Assembly: GCA_028534125.1 (NCBI GenBank)
Contig: CM052817.1
Location: 65,908,001-65,972,000 of the forward strand
Length of the DNA: 64,000 bases
Direction: 5' to 3'
Origin: Lama glama
Taxonomy: Eukaryota
Part shown: positions 55,691 to 64,000 of the stretch, piece by piece
Layout: every line of letters begins with the position of its first letter
How positions within the stretch are numbered: the stretch's first letter is position 1
Notes under the pieces: generated by a model
The model's input: only the letters and a program-made list of their open reading frames with translations
Told to the model about the DNA's origin: nothing
Database searches by the model: none
Translations under genes and position numbers: made by a program

Positions 55691-56455
55691 CCTGATAAAT
55701 GATATGTCAAAGTGGTATTTCATTTCAAGATAGTTGCATCTAAAATAGCAAGGTCCCAGAAAGAATGGGACGCTTGTGCTTGGGTCTGGAGAAGGGAGAA
55801 CCAGAGCATCTTCTGGAGTGTCTTCTTCACCTTTCTTCCCCTCCCAGCCTCTCTTTCTATTTTGATTCCTCCATTTCAATTCCTGGCTATGGCTAAAAAT
55901 TCAAGGATCAGTAATTTTTATATCTCCATGTCAAAGACAAGTAGAAAGACATTAATTCAGGTTGTGGACCATGGGTTAGGAATTAAGTGATTTTAGCAAC
56001 TGACATACAACTGCAATGTAATCTGAACAGAATGACACAATTTTATAAATAAATGGGCTCTAGACAATGCAAATATTAAGGATTTCTTTTGTTGGAGTAC
56101 AAAAGTACATTTTCATGAATGCAACTTTATAAAAACTGAAAAGTAAGCTTTCTTTCTGGCCTAACTTTGTGTTAAGAGATAATCTCAATGATTGACAAGA
56201 TCAGCACAATTACTGGACCTTGGCTTGATGATAGTTAAAACAGCAGAGAGCAACTGCTGTAAACCTGGCATGGAAAACTAAATACCCTGAAATCTGATAC
56301 CTGTATGACAGCCACATTATCACTAACTTTACCTTAGAACAGCCACACAATTCAAATCATACTTTTATAGTAAGGATCGCTTATGATAGTGTCAGAAAGG
56401 GAAAGCAACTTGTACATGTAATCATAAAAAATATTAAAAGTCCAACAAAAGGAAA

Positions 56456-56532
56456 CATTTTGAGTTTATTTTTGTGTATGGTGTAAGGGAGTGTTCTAGC
56501 TTCACTGATTTACATGCTGCTGTCCAGTTTTC
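56456..56532 (-). mobile_element. 77-bp internal fragment of L1 ORF2
   Basis: The minus strand translates to [25 protein letters not shown], matching the conserved L1 ORF2p segment WENW..C...KL...[12 protein letters not shown]. Confidence 0.9.
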
Positions 56533-56659
56533 AATAACTCAAATATATATATACCTGAAAAATGGAGATATCTTATTAGGAGGTTTAAGGAGTTCCCTGA
56601 TCAGTTTAAGATAAAGCTATTTATCTTTTTTTTAAATCATTTATCATTTATTTAGCCAC

Positions 56660-57050
56660 CATTCTATTTCCCTTCTTGTTCACTAGACACCAGTCTTCTC
56701 TATTTTGAATAAGCCGTTTCTTTCTTCCTTGTATTTTCACAGGTTGACTCCTTTTCATCCAATTCGTCTCACCTACACGTCACTAGTGTAAGGAGGTCTT
56801 TCTTGACCACTCTACATAAAGGACCTACCTCTCTCCTAAATCACCCTTCTTCCCATCAACTTGTATTACTTCACAGTATTTATGATCAGGAATTATCTAG
56901 ATGATTCATTAGCATGCTTGTTTCTCCCTTGATTCTTCCCATTGGAATATAACCTGTATGAGGCATAGAGCCTGTGTGAAGCTGTCAGTCTGGCTTGCTG
57001 TAATCCCCGTGTGGAGAACAGCGCCTACCACCCAGTAGGCGCACGAGAAA
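56660..57050 (+). mobile_element. L2 3' region
   Basis: ggaggtctttcttgaccactcta...cattggaatataacctgtatgaggca...agaacagcgcctaccacccagtaggcgc. Confidence 0.7.
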
Positions 57051-57282
57051 CGTGCCATCCTAGGATGCTTTCCCTGAGCTTGTGCTGTGCTTAACTTGGA
57101 AATCCATTAACTAAGAAGTCAAGATTCTAAGAAGCCCTTGGGACTGACAGAGCTGGACACAGGTCTGTGGGTTTGTTCTGGTGAAACTGAAGGTATTCAA
57201 CTTGTCTGAGATGGTACTTCTCTAGAGCTTTTGATATAGCACATGGCAAGATAGGTAGAATGTGGGACCTCTGTGCATCTCA

Positions 57283-57415
57283 TGGTGGTTTCTTTACCTG
57301 GTTTTACATCAGAAACACTTGGGGAGGTTTTGAAACTACAGATTCCTGGGTCCTGTATCAGAATCCACAGAGACGTATATTTATAACAAGCTCTTAGATG
57401 ATTCATATCTGGTCA
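57283..57415. mobile_element. MER5-type hAT MITE
   Basis: catcagaaacacttggggaggttttgaaactacagattcctgggtcc...aacaagctcttagatgattc. Confidence 0.75.
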
Positions 57416-60400
57416 GTGCAACTAAACAGACCTATGCTTTTGACCCTGTCTTAGCACACTCAGCTCTCATTCCACAGGGGTCATATGTGGGGGAGATACA
57501 CATTAGAAAGGCAACTTCTTTCAATGCTAATTTCAAGTTGGTGTGAGATTCGAATTTCCCACATTTGAAAGGATAATACTGAAGTGATTGTTTGATAGAG
57601 TCTAGCAGAGAGGGAAGAATCTAAGAAAAGTGATAAAGAGAAATTTTATTTGTACAGTTGAACGTGGCTATTGCTCAGACCTTGTGCACTTCAGCATTCA
57701 GATAAAGGATTTATTCCAAAGTTCTAATATTTGGGAACATTCACCATTTTGATATTAAACATCAGGGACAAAGTGATCACCAGACTGAGGTACCCACACT
57801 TAGGTACCCAAGAGGGTGGAGGGTGGGGTCAGGGCATCACATAGAAGGCAGGCTACCTCTGTGAGATGGTAAGAGAAAAGTATAGCCAGGTAACCTTCAC
57901 ACTGTGTGATGCCATTGCCCCCACCTTCCATCCTCGTGGATACCAAAGACACTGGTGTCCAAAGAGAATCAAGTACAAGGGCCAGCTAATGAGGCAAACC
58001 ATTTGCTTGGTTGCTCCCAGCCTCCAGCTCCCCATGAGGCAAGATCCTTTCATCTCCAATATCACCTGGTTTTAACAGCATTTCTAGAAGAATTAGGCTT
58101 TGACAAGTTCTATTATACTTTCAAGGCAAGCTCATTCTTCACCAACATACCCCTGCTTCCCACGTTCCCCGGCTTCCCATTATCTGTTTCTTATTCCCAG
58201 TGGAACACTGCTGGTGGGCAGGGTACTCAACAAAGAGCCAGCTCTGAAAGACCTATGATATTGAAAAAGCACCAAAAACACAGGAGCACAGTATGGGTAA
58301 TAAAAGCACTCCTAGTCTCTATGAAAATATCCATCCATCTGGATGAACACAAAAAAATGATTATTACCAGAATTGTACATATTTCCATCAGAATGTATAG
58401 TTGTGGCATTTAATGAAATCAATACATCAAAGATAGCGAAGTAAAACACAAGGGTTTTTCCTGGACCATGGCTACCTTCATCCATTAGCGCCCTGCTGTG
58501 CTACAACATGCTGGTTATTTTCCCAGTGAGATGCAGTCCCTCCATCTGTTTTCATATTGGACAAGCAAGAACTACCAGTTACGCTGAGAGGTCAAATCTC
58601 TTTGTTGAGAAAGTGGTGACATTGTCATTATCTTCTTCTTTCTTTCTCTAAGCGAGGTGACCAAGTGGTTTTGAATGTGGCTGTTCCAACATCCTCAATA
58701 CAACCAAATGATGCAAAAGGGACCAACAACTTGAGATGCTCACATTTATTACTTTTCTCTCTTCTACTATTAGGAAATACATAAATTATGCCTAAATAAC
58801 CAACTACTAAGTAATTCCTAGGCAAACCATTACTTTTGAGTAATTGTCTTTTAATATTGCTTTCCCCAGCCACCACTCAGTGCCTCTTAAACCCACGGTA
58901 AATAAAAATTTATTGGAAATGATTCTCACACATTAGTGGTGCCAACAACTTTTGATCTAAGTTTTCTAAAGAGAAGGACAGAATTTTGATGGGGGAAACA
59001 GAAAATAACATACAGAAAGGATTTGTCTTTATTTCTTAGTAAAGAAAATAACTTTTTTTTCTAATATTAATGCTAGAGAGCTAGTTACTAACTTTTGAGA
59101 TCACAAACTTAGGGGGTTTAAGTTATAAATACAAATATAAATATAAATATAAATAGTGTGTATGTGTGTGGAGAAGGAATTATTTGGAGATTAGTGGTCA
59201 GTGCAGCAATTAGGGAGTCATTAAACAAGTTCGAGACGTTACTCACTGTAAGATTACAGCTAAGTGGTGCTAAAGAGAAACAGCAATAAATAGCAGGGGC
59301 AGTAACAAGGGGTTCTTTGTAGTTAGCTGAGAAAGCTCTTGGGATCGACCGACTGGACAATGAAGCAGCACAGGGCGAGTCTAAGAGTCCCTGGCACACT
59401 GCTAAGGAGAGAAGATAATGGCTAGCACACTGAGGCAGACAGCCCCTTGAGAAGATAACGTCTGAGGACGGAAGACAAGTTGGAAAGATAACCACAACTG
59501 GGAACAAGCCTATGCCATGTGTCTCCTGACTGCCAGAAACAGCGGTTTCTGGTGTTCAAAACAACAACCATGCAAATAGTATATGTAATCAAATATGCAT
59601 GTTTAATTTAGTGACTCTGCAAGCAAGTATACCCATATTATAATTTAATCATTTTCCAAAGAATTCCATTGTTTTAAAATTCACATTGGCCACTAAATTG
59701 CTACAGGAGAAAATGCAAAGAATAGACAGTACTGAACATATTAGGATGAAGTCCCAGTTTAATTGCTATACAGTTGGTAGCTTGAAAAGAACTCTGATAA
59801 AGCTGTCACCCTGAGTGGAAGGCATATCAACAAATGTAAAATAAAATATATACTTTCACATAAAACTATATAGAATAGCGTTGAATTAATGCTCAAACTT
59901 AAACACATTTGGCCCTGTCTGCTTGCCTGGATAGAAAGAAATCATCAAAGAACATCATTGGGTCAACTTTTGACTGATATTAAGCAAAAATTTTATAATG
60001 TCATAGAATTTCAGATTAAAAACGTTTCTAGAAATTAGAGTGCCAGGGGACAGAGGAGTAAGTGTTCAAAAACAAACAGATCAACAACAACAAAAAAATC
60101 AGTCAAACAAACTGCAGAAGAAAATAGATTTTTGATGGACCAGTATTTCACAATTGCAACAATATCATGATTTAGAAGTCAAGTGCTTTTAATTCTTGAC
60201 TCACTATTAATTTTCTATAAAGGCCTTTTAGTTCCTCCAAAAGACTGACTTTTATCATCTTGGAAGACTTGCATGAAGTAGAATAACTTCCTCTACAAGA
60301 TTTTCCAGTTCACGCTAAACTAACAGATTGTAATTTGTCTTTCAGAAAAGACATTACTGAATTGCTAAGCAATTTTCACCATTAGAGTTCTACTCTACTT

Positions 60401-62211
60401 TCAGCTTCATTTACTTCAACCCAGTATTTTTTTCCGTATTAGCCACATTTTCCCAAGACAATAAAATTTCTAATGTTAAGGAACTAACATTATGTCTAAT
60501 TCTCAGCATGAGGGGATTAACTTACTGAATTTATTGGTTTGGTTTTTGAATCCTTTATCTGCTACAGCTTTTTCTTTTCCAAAATTTGCAATTTTGCAGA
60601 GAACAATCTTGCATTTAGAGGTTTTGTTAGAGGTTAAACACAGTAGGGACCACAAGTACATATCTGTTTCCCCACATTGATAATTCAGGCTTATGTAACT
60701 TTAGTGGATAAGTTCAAGTACAAACCACCCAGCCAGAATATGTGTGGTTCATTAGCAGAATGTGTCAACTTTGGAAAGCAGGCAATTACTGAGATACAAG
60801 TGAGCTTTATTACAGCAGTCACCGTACATCTAGAAGTCTTCATCAACTGTAAAATAAGTTAACCCAGAAAAAAATAACAGGGGTCTAATTCACCTAAGAG
60901 GTACACTTCAAAACAATTAATATTTTCCTTACAATGAATATTATTTTTCAAATGTTAAACATGTATTAGGTAATTTATAAAACAAAAAATATAAATTCTT
61001 TAATAGGGCACAAAGTTTGATAGTATAAAACAATAATGAAATATCTCTAAATCAAATTAAAATTCGCTTAATGCTGACATTTCAAGGATTTTAAAAGAAA
61101 AAAATAACACTATGAAATTAAACACAAACAATAATAACACTAGTATAGATTAATAACAAGAATTTCAAACACTTCCTTTATATTTATGATGCTATTTTAA
61201 AAGATAAATAAACTTTTAGCCAGTGTTAATGAGAAATGTAACATAACAATTGAAAAAACAAGAATGGAATACACTGTAGATTAGGAAAGATAATAAAATC
61301 AAAACAAATCAGTACTAAATATAAATACTTCACGACTCCCTTAAATCTCGGTTTATAACTATGCTTAGATGGAAAGAAACTAGAATAGTCTGCATTTTAA
61401 AACTATTTTATAGCATGACCAAGCATACACAGAACTATGGTATACCTACAAGTGTATTCCAATCAATAGAAAAATTAAATACTGAGCCATTTTTTTCATT
61501 GTAAAGATGAGTATTCTCACCACTGAGATTATTTTTTATTTTGTTTACTGGAAGAACTTAATTTATTGAATAAGAATGTATTTGTTCCATCTGTTATCAC
61601 TATTTTTCCATTTCAGCACCAAACCTGATTTTAACAAGATGCTTAACCATTGAAGATTCATAATAGCATGAAATTAGTCAGTCATGGCTGTGACACCTAT
61701 AGATTGTAACAATGAGTGAATATGTACAGTGCTTACAGCATTATGTAGTTAAATTTAGTCCTCACTCTGTTCTGTGTCTAGGTTTGAATGGTTCAACTGC
61801 TGGTTACTTGATACGTGGATTTATTTACAGTATGTAGTTCACGAACCCTTGATTGTCATCACCAGGCAATCAAGAGGACTGGATGAATTATGAGATTTCA
61901 GCTAAATATAAACAAATTTGATAATGTATGTACTTATGTGTATTTATTGATAAATAAGATTGTACTCTTCAGTTTTTGAAATACTGATGCCAAGTTTCAA
62001 ATTCCACGAACTCCCTCCAAGACCCTGAAAGCTGGACTCTCATTTTGGGAACCAGATGTGGGGGTTACAGATCTATGCCTTAGCTTTCTCATCTTGCACC
62101 TTCCAAACCTGTATTCCTGGAGCTTTTTAAATTTTAAAACTGTCTGGTAGCTGTAGCCACAGTACCCTTTCAGTTCTGGCACTTTCCTGGACGTGTTATT
62201 TCTTCCTGGCT

Positions 62212-62680
62212 GAGAGGCAGTAGAGTGTAATGGTTAAGAACACGGACTATGAAGCTCAACTGCTCAGTCTCAGAAGTGCTGTTTGTGAGTTTTGTATATG
62301 TGTGTTCCTCCTGATGGACCTTAATCAGTCAGCTGGGGCTTTTTACTTAATCATTTTCTTATTAATTCTCCCTGAATCAGCTTTGCCATCTCAAGAAAGC
62401 ATGGGCTCTTCCCACCTGCTGTTCGCACTCTCCTTACACAGTCACACTCTATTTTTTACTACAGTTCTTTAGGCTTTGATCATGTTGCCCTGTAAACCTC
62501 CACTTGTCTAACTCGAAAAAAATACTTAATCTTTGTAGGAAGCCTCAGACACCTCATCTATAAGGAGCTTCATAATACACCTCTTAAAAATAAGTGTTGT
62601 TTCAATTAAATGAAATAATATAAGGGAGAAAAGAGCTCAGCACACTCACTGTGGCACATGGAATGCCCTGACACAAGATG
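62212..62680 (+). mobile_element. MIR SINE split by an insert of about 220 bp
   Basis: Head gagaggcagtagagtgtaatggttaagaacacggact (about 62212-62295); core and tail tacttaatc...cctcatctataa...attaaatgaaataat...tggcacatgg (about 62520-62680). Confidence 0.7.
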
Positions 62681-64000
62681 AAAGGGTAGCTGCGGTGGCT
62701 GTTCCGGAAGTCAGCTCCCTAAGAAACGGCTTTGCCAGATTTAGATAGATGGTCTAAGGATCTGTAGTCAATGTGGACATAAATAAAACATATAAAAATT
62801 GTTTTATTTTCTTCCACTTTTCCTCCAAATGCATGCTATCATATGTTGAAAGCTGTTAAGGTTGAAATCAAATACACCAGGTCTCATGCTCCACAATTTC
62901 CATTTGCTACGAGCGAAAATGCCTCCAAATGGCTTTAGTGATATTACCACCCTTTTGGAGAGCAGCAGCAGCACCACGACGAGTTTCCAGTTAGTCTCAT
63001 TTTCTTTTGTAGCAAAGCTCATTTACAAGAGCACTCTGTTCCTTGGCTGTGTAATGATAGTAATGTTTTAAAAGCCAAAAGTGACTTAGTAAATAGAAGA
63101 AATGTAAGGTATTTCACCAAATGGATTTTTAAAAAAAAACTCCTCTTAGATTTCTGGAAAACTCAGTTAAGAAAAATCTTCTAAGTAGGAAAAAAGTGAG
63201 TCATCTCTTGTACTTATGGTACTCTTCAAATTTTGACAATTTAAAAGATTATTTTGTTTTTAATATTTCAAAAACTTAAGGAGAGCAATCTAATGATATT
63301 TAATTCTAAAGTCCACATAGTTATCACTAATTTGACAATTACAGGCAGTGGGAATATTAGTGCAAGGGTTTTTGCCCATCGTTGACTTTCAAGTGGTCGG
63401 CTCTATTTATGTCTGCTAGTAATAAGTGCTATTCCTAAAAGAGAATACGCAAATGAGCTGATGGGGAGAAGGATTAAGCTGATTATATGCTACCATTTCA
63501 TCAGTAAAAATGTTTGTTATAGGAGGCATATTTGGAAATGGCATTTTTAATTCTTAATTGAGCAATTATTAAAAAATATATGAACCACACAGACATGTTA
63601 GAACACACTCATTTGAAAGTTAGTTCAGAAAAAAATATCTCCTGGAAAATAATTCTGACGAATGCAATAAGCTTATTTTTTAATTCTGCCAAGATTTCCT
63701 TAATATATCTATCCTTTTCCTGTCTATCTTTCATTAAGCAGATATTCCAGAATATCTGGAAAAAAATGAATAAAACATTGAAACACATTTACTAAATGCA
63801 CTGTATTAAAGTAATAAATAAGTAACATCAAAGATTAATTTTTACTTGTGTTCAATTATACTGGGACAATGATGAAATGGAAGGCATGGAACTCAGTCTC
63901 AAGGACTTTAGGGCATACTTGAGCAGACATACATACACAAAATGGTATTAAAAATTATTGGCTTCCTGACATCAGAGTATTTCCCTCTCCATCCTGAAAC

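Noticed and set aside
57955..58413. 152-aa ORF on +
   Set aside because: Non-ATG start, no recognisable homology, antisense intronic position.

Overview
AT-rich placental-mammal genomic DNA that lies entirely inside one gene, PPP3CA (calcineurin A alpha, the Ca2+/calmodulin-dependent Ser/Thr phosphatase catalytic subunit), on the minus strand. Eight internal coding exons are present, matching exons 3-10 of the usual 14-exon numbering. They total 897 nt (299 codons), all have GT-AG borders with compatible phases, and they encode most of the catalytic domain plus the calcineurin-B-binding helix. Exons 1-2 and 11-14 lie outside the window, and none of the supplied six-frame ORFs is the real protein. 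The introns contain old repeats (MIR, L2, L3/CR1, L1M, hAT/MER5, an ERVL-type LTR), one well-preserved solo ERV LTR and one tiny, young-looking internal L1 ORF2 fragment. I recognise no young SINEs. The best leads are: (i) a 500-N gap in intron 9 flanked exactly by a 300-bp inverted duplicate with one mismatch (artefact, heterozygous micro-inversion or real hairpin); (ii) a candidate 19-nt frameshifting 'poison' microexon in intron 8 with an SRRM4-type UGC and downstream RBFOX motifs; (iii) a consensus CAG|GTAAGT site next to a hairpin in intron 3; and (iv) several motif clusters that may be enhancers. All of these are hypotheses, and I cannot claim a demonstrated new biological system. Repeat families and boundaries were recognised by eye and are approximate.
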